Below, one piece after another: positions 17,937 through 26,689 of a stretch of DNA of 27,548 nucleotides. This DNA is from an uncultured archaeon (GTDB taxonomy: Archaea; Asgardarchaeota; Lokiarchaeia; Sigyniarchaeales; SOKP01). The translations under genes were made by a program, and so were the position numbers. The stretch lies in contig CAZOYD010000047.1 in the NCBI GenBank assembly GCA_964583985.1, forward strand, positions 1-27,548. The letters run 5' to 3'. The first letter of the stretch is position 1. Each line of letters opens with the position of its first letter. Under the pieces are notes generated by a model, which had not been told where the DNA came from, did not search any database, and was given only the letters and a program-made list of their open reading frames with translations.

Positions 17937-18617
17937 TTATTTTATACCAAGAGCATTTGGGCAGACTTTTCTACAAGTATTGCATTTCTTCAAAATGTAA
18001 CCTTTTTCATGTTCGTAAATTGAGTGAGATCTACAGAGACTTTGATTTACCGTTTTTCCATCTAAAGCTCCTTTTGGACAAGAATTTAAACATAATTCAC
18101 AATCTACTAAGCAACCTTCGTATTTAGCTAGAGGATCACCTACTAAGTCGATATTTACTAAGATAGCTCCAAGTTGGATCATATTGCCAAACTTATTATT
18201 AATTAAAAGAGTGTTTTTTCCTAATATTCCAAGTCCTGCAAGACGACCAGCGTGTCTTAATGACAAGATAGCCCTTCCATATAACCTATCTGGTTCCCAA
18301 TATTCATATGGATCATCAGAAGGAATTGGAACTGCTTCAATTCCTAATTCTTCTAGTTTACGCGCAAATTTTACTGTTAAATTATCAACTTCTTGAATAA
18401 TTACGCTTCCAAGATGAGAATAAGGAATGAAACTCGAAGCATAAAGGGAGCTATTTGGAATTACTTTTGCAAATACAATAACAGATTTACAATTTTTATA
18501 TACATCATTAGGGTGAAATCCATCTGGAGCGCCACTAAATCGATCGACTGGAGCAATACCACATAAATCGAAGCTTAAACTATATGCGATTTCTTTAATT
18601 GATATTGAATCAAGCAT
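17937..18617 (-). CDS. Epoxyqueuosine reductase (QueG)/reductive dehalogenase-like 2x[4Fe-4S] protein
   Basis: FDLCGIA, SVIV, LSLRHAG.LAGLG.LGKN.L.IN..FG....LG.IL, CxxxCxxCxxxCP, and C...CxxCxxxCP. Confidence 0.78.
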   Translation of the reverse strand: MLDSISIKEIAYSLSFDLCGIAPVDRFSGAPDGFHPNDVYKNCKSVIVFAKVIPNSSLYASSFIPYSHLGSVIIQEVDNLTVKFARKLEELGIEAVPIPSDDPYEYWEPDRLYGRAILSLRHAGRLAGLGILGKNTLLINNKFGNMIQLGAILVNIDLVGDPLAKYEGCLVDCELCLNSCPKGALDGKTVNQSLCRSHSIYEHEKGYILKKCNTCRKVCPNALGIK

Positions 18618-20440
18618 TAAAGTTTTTCTCCTTTAATTTCTTCTACATAATCCTTTCTTTTTTCAGTTAAGTAAGAGGGTCTTGGCACGTCCCACCATCC
18701 AACTGCGGGACTTCCTGTAAAAGGATATTCTCTCTGTACTTTTATTTCTATTACGGCTGGTTTTCCCGACTTACTAGCACGTTCTAGTGCGGGTATAATT
18801 TCTTCTTTCTTAGATAATTGTTCAGAATAGCATCCAAATGCTTCACCAATTTTAGCAAAATCAGGGGAATATGAATTTCCATTATTATCTTCAAATGAAG
18901 TACCGTAACCTCGATCTTCACCAAAAGCAGCTTGTTGTAAATCCTTGATTGCTATCCATCCATGATTATTAAGAACGATAAAGAAAAGATTATCTAATCC
19001 AAGTTGTACTGCCATTGAAATTTCAGAGATTGTCATCATGAAATCTCCATCTCCAACGAGGGCAGCAACTTGACAGTTAGGGTTGCCTTTATCGATAACA
19101 CCCAGTTTTGCTCCGATTGCTGCAGGAACGCTATATCCCATTGTTGAAAAACCTCCCGCAGTTAAACACGTTCTTGGTTCATAAAATTCAAGCTCCTGAA
19201 GAATTTGAGCTTGAACATTTCCCGAGCTTGTTACAATGACAGCATCTCTTTTAAAAAATTTCCTTATTTCTTGAAGCACTGTCGAAATCATTACAGGTAT
19301 TTTAGAATTATCTTTATTCTGATTAATGAATTCAAACCATTTCTTCTTCTCCGACTGAATTTCTTTGAAAAATTCAGACTCTTTATAATCCTTTGTGAAT
19401 CCTTGTAAATTTAACTCATTGATCAGTTGTTGTAAACATGCTTTTGCATCTCCGACAATTCCTACTGAAACAGGATAATTTTTCCCTATTTCGTGTGGAT
19501 CAATATCAATTTGTATTAAATTTGTTGGAGGAATAGAAAAGCTCACTCCATCCTTATAAGAACTTGCAGTTTCATCAGCAAATCTGCAACCTATTGCGAT
19601 CAATACATCCGCTTTAGAAGTCATCGAAAGCCCAATTGTTGTTCCTTTCGAGCCAGTAGACCAACAAAAAAGAGGATGATCGTTAGGAAAAGCATCCTTT
19701 CCCATCATTGTAACCACCACTGCCGAACCAATTTTTTCTGCTAATTCTTTTATTTCATCAAAAGCATTTGAAGATGCAATTCCACCCCCTAATAACAGAA
19801 CTGGTCGTCTTGCTTTTTTTATGAGTTCAACTGAGTTTTTGATCTCTATGGGATCACCTTGTATGCGTGACATTGATCTTCTCTTCAATGGTTCAGGTAT
19901 TTCGCAATCAATTGCTTCTGCTTGCACATTCATGGGAACATCAATATGGACGGGTCCTCTCCGTCCTGTCATCATCTGATTAAAAGCTCGCTGCATTACA
20001 TTAGGAAGTTGAGAAACTTGGCTTATTTGCCAAGAACGTTTAGTTATAGGTTCTAAAATTCTTGGAAAATCAGAATCCCGTTTTCGCTCAATTTCTTGAA
20101 GAACTCCCTTTCCACGCATGTGCGTGTGAGTGTCACCTGTTAAACATAGAACAGGAAATCCATCCACAAAAGCATCTGCTAATCCAATTGCAGTATTAAT
20201 AGCCCCAGGACCAATTGATGTTACAACTGCTAATGGTTTTCCAGTGACTCTATAATATCCAACAGCAAGATGTATTCCTCCCATTTCTTGTTTTGGTTGA
20301 ATAAATTTAATTTTTTCTTTATCTCTGAAGAAAGCATCTATTAACGGTAAATTTCCATGACCCGGAATTCCGGCAACATATTTTACACCTTCTTTAATTA
20401 GGTAATTAGAGATTATTTCCCCACCAGTATAATTTGGCAT
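18617..20440 (-). CDS. ThDP-dependent enzyme, IolD-like (trihydroxycyclohexanedione hydrolase/acetolactate synthase superfamily)
   Basis: ThDP motif GDGDFMM...VLNN. IolD-type signatures GIPGHGN, TSIGPGA.N, L.L.GD, VLQEIE and C-terminal WWDVP. Confidence 0.8.
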   Translation of the reverse strand: MPNYTGGEIISNYLIKEGVKYVAGIPGHGNLPLIDAFFRDKEKIKFIQPKQEMGGIHLAVGYYRVTGKPLAVVTSIGPGAINTAIGLADAFVDGFPVLCLTGDTHTHMRGKGVLQEIERKRDSDFPRILEPITKRSWQISQVSQLPNVMQRAFNQMMTGRRGPVHIDVPMNVQAEAIDCEIPEPLKRRSMSRIQGDPIEIKNSVELIKKARRPVLLLGGGIASSNAFDEIKELAEKIGSAVVVTMMGKDAFPNDHPLFCWSTGSKGTTIGLSMTSKADVLIAIGCRFADETASSYKDGVSFSIPPTNLIQIDIDPHEIGKNYPVSVGIVGDAKACLQQLINELNLQGFTKDYKESEFFKEIQSEKKKWFEFINQNKDNSKIPVMISTVLQEIRKFFKRDAVIVTSSGNVQAQILQELEFYEPRTCLTAGGFSTMGYSVPAAIGAKLGVIDKGNPNCQVAALVGDGDFMMTISEISMAVQLGLDNLFFIVLNNHGWIAIKDLQQAAFGEDRGYGTSFEDNNGNSYSPDFAKIGEAFGCYSEQLSKKEEIIPALERASKSGKPAVIEIKVQREYPFTGSPAVGWWDVPRPSYLTEKRKDYVEEIKGEKL

Positions 20441-20641
20441 CCTAAATCATCATTATGCAAATAATTTTATTAAATAAATTAATATAAACAAATAAGTTAA
20501 TTGTCGCTGAAAATTAACCTTTTCTTGATAGAAGGATAAATATCCAAAAATTTGTTATGCCCTCCTTTTTTATAAGTAAACAGTGAGAGATATATCTATA
20601 TCTTAATTGAAGTTAGTAAATTCTACTTAGCTGAAGGATAA

Positions 20642-21970
20642 ATGCCATCTACCTTAGAAAAGATACGTATTTTGGGAGAGAATTCAAAGTATGATATATG
20701 TGCTAGCACGGCTTCAAGTCGTACTGAGAAATATCCAAAATTATTCGGAGATTCAAAGGATTGGGTAGGTGCGGCAGCTAGTGCAGGTATTTGCCACTCT
20801 TATACACCAGATGGTCGCTGCATGAGTCTCTTTAAAACACTCTATACTAACAAGTGCATATATAATTGTAAATATTGTTTCTCTCATGCTTGTAAGCATA
20901 AAATGAGTTTTACGGCAGAAGAATATGCTCGTACATTTATGAAACTTTATTCGATGAATGTAGTGGAAGGAGTTTTTATTTCATCAGGAATTTGCAGGAG
21001 TGCTGATGACACAACTGAAGAAATGTTAGAAGCCATACGTCTTCTTAGGTATAAATATCATTTTCAAGGTTATGTTCATTTTAAATGTTTACCTGGTGTA
21101 AGTCAATCTTTGTTACGAGAGGCAATTACGCTTTCAGATCGCATTTCAGTTAATTCCGAGGCTTCCAGTAAAGATTTTCTTTCTGAAATTGCGGAACAAA
21201 AGGATTTTTATAATGATATAATCTTACGTCAGCGTTGGTTAAAACAAATTCGAGTAAAACATAACATGGAAACTCTAAAAGTTATTAAAGATATGAAAGA
21301 AGACAATCAAAATAAATTCCAAGAAATGATGATCCAAGATCACCGTGAGGATGGTTATAAAAAATTTCGATGGGATGGAGCTCCAATATTAAATAGTGGA
21401 CAAACTACCCAATTTGTAGTGGGAGCTGCTGAAGGTGAAACTGACTATGATCTTCTCAAACAAGTTGATTGGGGCTATCGTAACATTGATTTGCGGCGGG
21501 GGTATTTTTCATCTTTTATTCCTATTGAAGGCACTCCGCTTGCTGGACAAAAAGCTGCTTCACTTTCTAGAGAACACCGATTGTATCAAAGTGATTGGTT
21601 ATTAAGAATTTATCACTACAAGTTAAAAGATTTAAAAGATATCTTAGCTGATGATGGAAATTTACCTAAAGGAGATCCAAAAATCTATCTCGCAAAACAT
21701 TATTTTGAAGGGCGTGGCCCATTGAATCCCAATACTGCGTCATATAATGATTTAATAAGAGTCCCTGGAATTGGTCCTATCTCTGCCAAAAGAATTATCA
21801 ACTTACAATCAAAAAAATTTGAATTTAAGCGACGAGAAGATTTAAAAGCAGTGGGAGTGGTATTAAAGCGTGCTGAACCCTACTTATTAATCAATGGTAG
21901 GAATCAAAGAACTCTTGAAGATTTTACTCAACCATTACAAGAAGAAAATTCATGGAGGGAAATTGCATGA
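20642..21970 (+). CDS. Putative DNA modification/repair radical SAM protein with helix-hairpin-helix (TIGR03916-like)
   Basis: KYDICAS, GICHSYTPDGRC, CxxxCxxC (CIYNCKYC), GQTTQFVVGA, REHRLYQSDWLLRIY and HhH LIRVPGIGPISAKRII. Confidence 0.9.
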   Translation: MPSTLEKIRILGENSKYDICASTASSRTEKYPKLFGDSKDWVGAAASAGICHSYTPDGRCMSLFKTLYTNKCIYNCKYCFSHACKHKMSFTAEEYARTFMKLYSMNVVEGVFISSGICRSADDTTEEMLEAIRLLRYKYHFQGYVHFKCLPGVSQSLLREAITLSDRISVNSEASSKDFLSEIAEQKDFYNDIILRQRWLKQIRVKHNMETLKVIKDMKEDNQNKFQEMMIQDHREDGYKKFRWDGAPILNSGQTTQFVVGAAEGETDYDLLKQVDWGYRNIDLRRGYFSSFIPIEGTPLAGQKAASLSREHRLYQSDWLLRIYHYKLKDLKDILADDGNLPKGDPKIYLAKHYFEGRGPLNPNTASYNDLIRVPGIGPISAKRIINLQSKKFEFKRREDLKAVGVVLKRAEPYLLINGRNQRTLEDFTQPLQEENSWREIA

Positions 21971-22635
21971 ATGGGGAGAGTGAAATTAAGAGAGATCCAT
22001 TGATGGTTTTAGGTCGTGCAAAAGGATATTCTAAAGAAGAGTTATTAAAAAACTTGCCTAGACACAAAAATTTTTCATCAGCTCTAGTCAAACAGATACA
22101 CTCTATTCCAGAAGTAATATTTCGAAATTCTGGCACACCCATTGCAAAAAAAATTAATAGAATGATGCGTGAAGTGTCAACTGAAGCATATCGTGCAAAA
22201 CAATTTACACGAACTGAAATCAATAGTCGGGGAGTCCTCTTTGGAGTCGTAATGCTCAAACATCGAGTAGTTGATCGTGTTTTAGATTATTTTCATAAAA
22301 GATGGCCTACTAGTATAATATGTTTGTATAATGAGTATAGTAAAATTACTAGTATAATCGATGAGAGAGGTAAAATACAAGAAATTGTTTCACCTCTAAA
22401 AGAAGTAGTCGAAAAAGTGAGCAAAATTCGTCCAATAATGCCATATTTTGAGGATATCCAATTTTCTGGAAATGAGATATATAAAACTCTGTACAACTCT
22501 CAATTCATACCTGAGCGAGAAAACCAAACTTATTTTAAACAGATGATACCTAAAAAATGTTTTAATCTACCAGGGATGAGAAACGGTATTGAAAAACGTT
22601 TTAGATATAAAAAACTTGATGATTTTACTCAATAA
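21967..22635 (+). CDS. DUF4130 / TIGR03915-like putative DNA metabolism protein
   Basis: V..EAYRAKQFTR, H.VV.....YF..RWP and Y...YNS.FIPER.N.....QMIPKK motifs, in the usual position after the radical SAM gene. The ATGA overlap at 21967-21970 and GGAGG at 21954-21958 favour this start over 21952. Confidence 0.8.
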   Translation: MNGESEIKRDPLMVLGRAKGYSKEELLKNLPRHKNFSSALVKQIHSIPEVIFRNSGTPIAKKINRMMREVSTEAYRAKQFTRTEINSRGVLFGVVMLKHRVVDRVLDYFHKRWPTSIICLYNEYSKITSIIDERGKIQEIVSPLKEVVEKVSKIRPIMPYFEDIQFSGNEIYKTLYNSQFIPERENQTYFKQMIPKKCFNLPGMRNGIEKRFRYKKLDDFTQ

Positions 22636-22723
22636 GCAAATTCTAGTTCAATTTTCGCAAAGAGAACTATTTAAATGAAATTTAATTTAATTATCCATCA
22701 ATTAACTTCATATATTAAATTTC

Positions 22724-24103
22724 ATGTCTCATTCAATAACACATAAGAAATTAAATATATTATCTTTTAGCGGAGGAAATTTCCTTCAGGAATTTGTGAG
22801 TACCGTTTTTGGAGGGTGGTTATTTTTCTTCTATGAAACAGAGATTGGTCTTAATGGGTGGTTAATTACTTTAGGTTACATAATTTACGCCATTTGGAGC
22901 GCTATAAGTTCACCTATTTTTGGTTATTATACAAATCAAAAGACGAGGTTCACTAAGCGATGGGGAAAACATTTTCCTTGGATTTTAATATCTTCTTTTC
23001 CATGGTTCATTTCATTGTTTTTGGTATATTCGATTCCAAACGAAATAAATAATCAATTGTTCATTTTTTTATGGTTTACTATTTCGATTAACCTTTTTAG
23101 TATATTTTCTACGATCTTTGGCTTAAATTTCAGTTCATTATTTCCTAAGAAATTTTTGGAAGAATCGGAAAGAAGAAATGCTTCGGGAATCATAGGAGCT
23201 GTTTCTTTTATGGCATCGGGTTTTGGATCAATTTTACCTGCTTTAATTATTCAATTTGAGAGTAAAATCTCATACATGATTATGGCACTGATTAGTTTAA
23301 CAATTTCCTCTTTAGTAATGATCCTAACAATTCCCGGAATTAAAGAAAAAGAAGCTACAAATAAGTTGAATATGAATATAGAAGTGTTAGCTTCAAAATC
23401 CTCCTTTTATGCTAATTTGAAGTATGCTCTAAAACAAAAAAATTTTGTGATTCTCATTATCACTTTCTTTTGCACACTAATTATAATGCGAAGTGCTGGT
23501 GCAGCTTTTCCGTATGCAGTTCGATATATTTTTAAAGCTCCAGCTATTTTTGTTGCATTAATAAGCCTCGCCTATTTGATTGGTGCAATAATATCCATGC
23601 CTTTTTGGACAAGAATTGGTAATAGACTAAATAACAATAAATCAATTTTCTTACTAGCGGGGATCCTTCTGGCAATGTCTCAATTGTTGTTAACTATTGT
23701 TCCTGACATTCTCATTGCATTTCCATTTGCTTTTTTTTATGGTTTTTGCATAGCTGGGTTTTGGAGTGTCCTTACAATGCCCATAAACGCTGAAATTCTT
23801 GATGAAATTGCTATTGATACCGGACAACGTAATGAATCAATTTACATGGGTATTCGAGGATTTTTTATAAGTTTCTCAGTCGTGATTCAGTCAATAATAT
23901 TTGCTAGTGTTCATGAAATTACGGGATTTATTGAAAATGCGGAATCTCAGACTGTATTGGCCCAATGGGGTATAAGACTTACTTTAGCGTTTATTCCAAT
24001 GATTCTTACACTAATTTCGATCATAATTTTTAAGTGGAAATATAACTTAACTCCAGAGAAAGTACAATTAAATAGAAAAAAATTAGAGGAATTAGGAATT
24101 TAA
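22724..24103 (+). CDS. MFS transporter, GPH (MelB-like) family
   Basis: About 12 TM; IW.A...P.FGY....TRFT.RWG...PW; EILDE.A..TG.R.E..Y.G; YNLT.EK tail. Confidence 0.85.
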   Translation: MSHSITHKKLNILSFSGGNFLQEFVSTVFGGWLFFFYETEIGLNGWLITLGYIIYAIWSAISSPIFGYYTNQKTRFTKRWGKHFPWILISSFPWFISLFLVYSIPNEINNQLFIFLWFTISINLFSIFSTIFGLNFSSLFPKKFLEESERRNASGIIGAVSFMASGFGSILPALIIQFESKISYMIMALISLTISSLVMILTIPGIKEKEATNKLNMNIEVLASKSSFYANLKYALKQKNFVILIITFFCTLIIMRSAGAAFPYAVRYIFKAPAIFVALISLAYLIGAIISMPFWTRIGNRLNNNKSIFLLAGILLAMSQLLLTIVPDILIAFPFAFFYGFCIAGFWSVLTMPINAEILDEIAIDTGQRNESIYMGIRGFFISFSVVIQSIIFASVHEITGFIENAESQTVLAQWGIRLTLAFIPMILTLISIIIFKWKYNLTPEKVQLNRKKLEELGI

Positions 24104-24114
24104 AAAAAAAGGAA

Positions 24115-25500
24115 TTATAAATTCAATTCTTTAATTTTCTGTTTTATTTCTTTAGTTTTTTCCGTGGTCAGATCATATACAAAGTAAAAAACTACTAAAG
24201 CGATTAACGTTAAAATCATTGGTATCAACCCTGTATGCACCAGAATCCCAAATTTTGCAAGATCTGTTTGATTTGTTCCAAGACTAGCGTCAAATCCCGT
24301 TAATTCGTGTACTATTGCAAAAATAAATGCTTGAGCGACTAGAGAAAATCGGATAAAAAATGTATATACTCCCATAAAAGCACCTTCGGCACGCTTTCCT
24401 AATTTTACGGTAGCTTCATCAATAGTATCTGCAAAAACAGGTCCCCGTCCAATTCTTAATGCGCCTCCCCCGATACCAAGTAGAAGGGCCGCAATTATGA
24501 AACCCAAATATCCTCGCACAAACATAAAAGGTGATAAGAGTATCGTGTTTAAGAAAACCCCAATAATGAGCATTTTTCTGTTATTATTTATTTTTTGTGA
24601 AAAGAAGAGCCATAACGGTAATGATCCCAAAGCACCTAATAGAAAACCTGCAAGGATTAACGTGGAAGCTCCCGCTTCCATTTCTAGGACATATTGCGTC
24701 AAGTACTGAATTGATGCAGTAAGACTTGCCCCAATAATACCGTCCATCAAAAATACAAACATGTACACCATAAAATTCTTCTGGGTTATTACATTTTTAA
24801 GCGCTAAAAGAAAAGGGATCTTTTCCCCTTTTTCTAATTGTCGGAGTGATCTAGCTTTCATCTCCTTGGATTCCTTATGACCCGGTATTACTGCTACGAA
24901 GAGAATTAAATTGATGATAACAAATATCCATGCCATATTGGTATAAGATTGCCTAACTTCATAATCAATTAATAAGGGAGGAATTATGAACCCAATCGCG
25001 GTTCCAAGTAATTCTAAAAACATTATAAAGAAACCAGCTTTTCTCCGTAACTTATCTGAACGAAATTTATCTGGATATAATGCTGAATGGCTTAAATAAA
25101 ATATCGTAAAAAATAATTCATAGAGACAACTTGAACTAATTATCCATACTAAATAAACGAGAGCTCCACTGACAGGATCAAGGTGGGGAGGTGAAAACAC
25201 CATTGCGATAAGAAAAATTGAAGGGATTCCTCCGATAATGATTAATGGAAACCTTTTACCGTATTTTCTCCACATTTTATTAGGTTTATCTGCAAAATAA
25301 CCTACTAAAGGATCATTAACAGAATTCCAAATTGCATAGATCGTGTATCCAATAGCAACTAGCCATACATTTAAATTTACAACGGTTTCCCAGAATAGAA
25401 AGAAAAAACCCCCGAAAATTCCGTTATAAACCGCGGCTAACGTATCTGCTGTACCATATGAAACCATATTCCAATTAGAGATTGATTCATTTTCATTCAT
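24115..25500 (-). CDS. MFS transporter, GPH (MelB-like) family
   Basis: About 12 TM; IWNSVNDPLVGYFADK....YGKRFP; ADTIDE....G.R.EG.F.G; YDLT.EK tail. Confidence 0.88.
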   Translation of the reverse strand: MNENESISNWNMVSYGTADTLAAVYNGIFGGFFFLFWETVVNLNVWLVAIGYTIYAIWNSVNDPLVGYFADKPNKMWRKYGKRFPLIIIGGIPSIFLIAMVFSPPHLDPVSGALVYLVWIISSSCLYELFFTIFYLSHSALYPDKFRSDKLRRKAGFFIMFLELLGTAIGFIIPPLLIDYEVRQSYTNMAWIFVIINLILFVAVIPGHKESKEMKARSLRQLEKGEKIPFLLALKNVITQKNFMVYMFVFLMDGIIGASLTASIQYLTQYVLEMEAGASTLILAGFLLGALGSLPLWLFFSQKINNNRKMLIIGVFLNTILLSPFMFVRGYLGFIIAALLLGIGGGALRIGRGPVFADTIDEATVKLGKRAEGAFMGVYTFFIRFSLVAQAFIFAIVHELTGFDASLGTNQTDLAKFGILVHTGLIPMILTLIALVVFYFVYDLTTEKTKEIKQKIKELNL

Positions 25501-25836
25501 TGAAGATACCTATTTATTATAAATATAGAATTAGAGAATATTCAACTTAAAAATTTATAATACTAACTGTTTTAATATACAAAATTATCAAGAATTAATT
25601 ATGAAATAAATTTCTCTGAAAATGAGGATTTAATTGATGATAGTTGAAATATTAAGAACAAAAAGTAAAAAATCTGTTTAACGATTTATAATAAAGAATC
25701 ACGATATCAAATTTGAATTATCTAATTAGTTTCGCATGCAATTCTTTTAATAGAGCATAAAATCAAACTTTATATGAGGTGTACTTTTTTTCTCACATAG
25801 GCTCGTATAACAGCAAAATGAAGAGTGAGACAAATC

Positions 25837-26616
25837 ATGGCGTTAAAAATAGTATCTTTTAGTGGAAAAGGTGGTGTGGGTAAATCAACACTTTTAGTAC
25901 TCATGCTTAAATATATCTTAGAATCAAAAAAATTCAAGAATGTGCTTGTCATTGACGCAGATCCCGATGCAAATATAGGAGATATTATCGGTGAAAATAT
26001 TGGGTTTAAAGAAACCGTCGGGGGGAAAATGACCGCACTCAAGGATAAAATTCAAAAAAGACAAATACCACTGCAAGTTTCGAAAGATCAAATCATTGAA
26101 TCTGAAGTATTTGAGGCTCTCATAGAACTTGATGACTTCGATCTTTTAGAAATGGGTCGCGGAGAGGGTGAGGGATGTTATTGTAGCGTCAATAACACAT
26201 TAAAGCGCATAATTGATATTTTGTCGAAAAATTACGATATCGTTTTGATAGACTCTCCTGCTGGGTTAGAACATTTTGCTAGAAGGACGGGACAAGACGT
26301 GACCGACCTCATTATAGTAACTGACGCAAGTAAAATGGGTTTTCATACAATGGAAAGAATTGTTGAAGTGACCAATGAAGTCCACTTAGATTTTAAAAAC
26401 ATCCTCATTATCGGTAATCGCTTTCCCGAAGATATGAAAGATTTATTAACCGAAAAAGTTGAAAATGTTAAAGATAATAGAGTCAAATTTTTAGGATTAC
26501 TCCCTAATGATGAAGAAATTAGTAAAATGAACTTACTCTCTAAAAATTTGTTAGATATTTCTCCTGAAAATGCTTTTTACAAATCAGCAAAAGAGTTATA
26601 CAGTAAAATTATATAA
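25837..26616 (+). CDS. cooC: CooC/AcsF-like nickel-insertion ATPase (MinD-type SIMIBI)
   Basis: SGKGGVGKS, IDADPDAN, MGR.EGEGCYC (CxC Ni site) and DSPAGLEHFAR. ATG at 25837 is preferred over GTG at 25825. Confidence 0.85.
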   Translation: MALKIVSFSGKGGVGKSTLLVLMLKYILESKKFKNVLVIDADPDANIGDIIGENIGFKETVGGKMTALKDKIQKRQIPLQVSKDQIIESEVFEALIELDDFDLLEMGRGEGEGCYCSVNNTLKRIIDILSKNYDIVLIDSPAGLEHFARRTGQDVTDLIIVTDASKMGFHTMERIVEVTNEVHLDFKNILIIGNRFPEDMKDLLTEKVENVKDNRVKFLGLLPNDEEISKMNLLSKNLLDISPENAFYKSAKELYSKII

Positions 26617-26657
26617 ATCTCTTTAGTTTTTGACCAAAATCTAATTAAGAGAGATTT
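26615..26657. terminator. Imperfect hairpin between convergent cooC and rps2 (candidate bidirectional terminator)
   Basis: AAATCTCT (26615-22) pairs with AGAGATTT (26650-57); inner TTAG/CTAA and TTTT/AAAA pairs surround a GACC loop. Confidence 0.4.
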
Positions 26658-26689
26658 CAATAAATACTTGTCATTAATTAGAAATTTTA

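Noticed and set aside
11178-20440. Reading ilvD plus the ThDP enzyme as a branched-chain amino acid operon
   Set aside because: They are on opposite strands about 6 kb apart, ilvC and ilvN are absent, and the ThDP enzyme has IolD-type rather than AHAS-type motifs.
20588-20597. Palindrome AGATATATCT upstream of the radical SAM gene
   Set aside because: Only 10 bp and AT-rich, so expected by chance or simply part of a TATA-like element.
9876-21970. Selenocysteine or pyrrolysine readthrough at TGA/TAG stops (9878, 9913, 15613, 21970)
   Set aside because: The proteins are already full length, the stops are not at catalytic Cys positions, and another in-frame stop follows within a few codons.
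22644-22669. Small hairpin TAGTTC...GAACTA after the DUF4130 gene
   Set aside because: A weak 6-bp stem with no supporting T-tract; not distinguishable from chance.
25501-25770. Longest intergenic stretch, checked for tRNA, ncRNA, CRISPR repeats or a small ORF
   Set aside because: Very AT-rich, with no cloverleaf, no regularly spaced repeats and no convincing ORF; consistent with divergent promoters.
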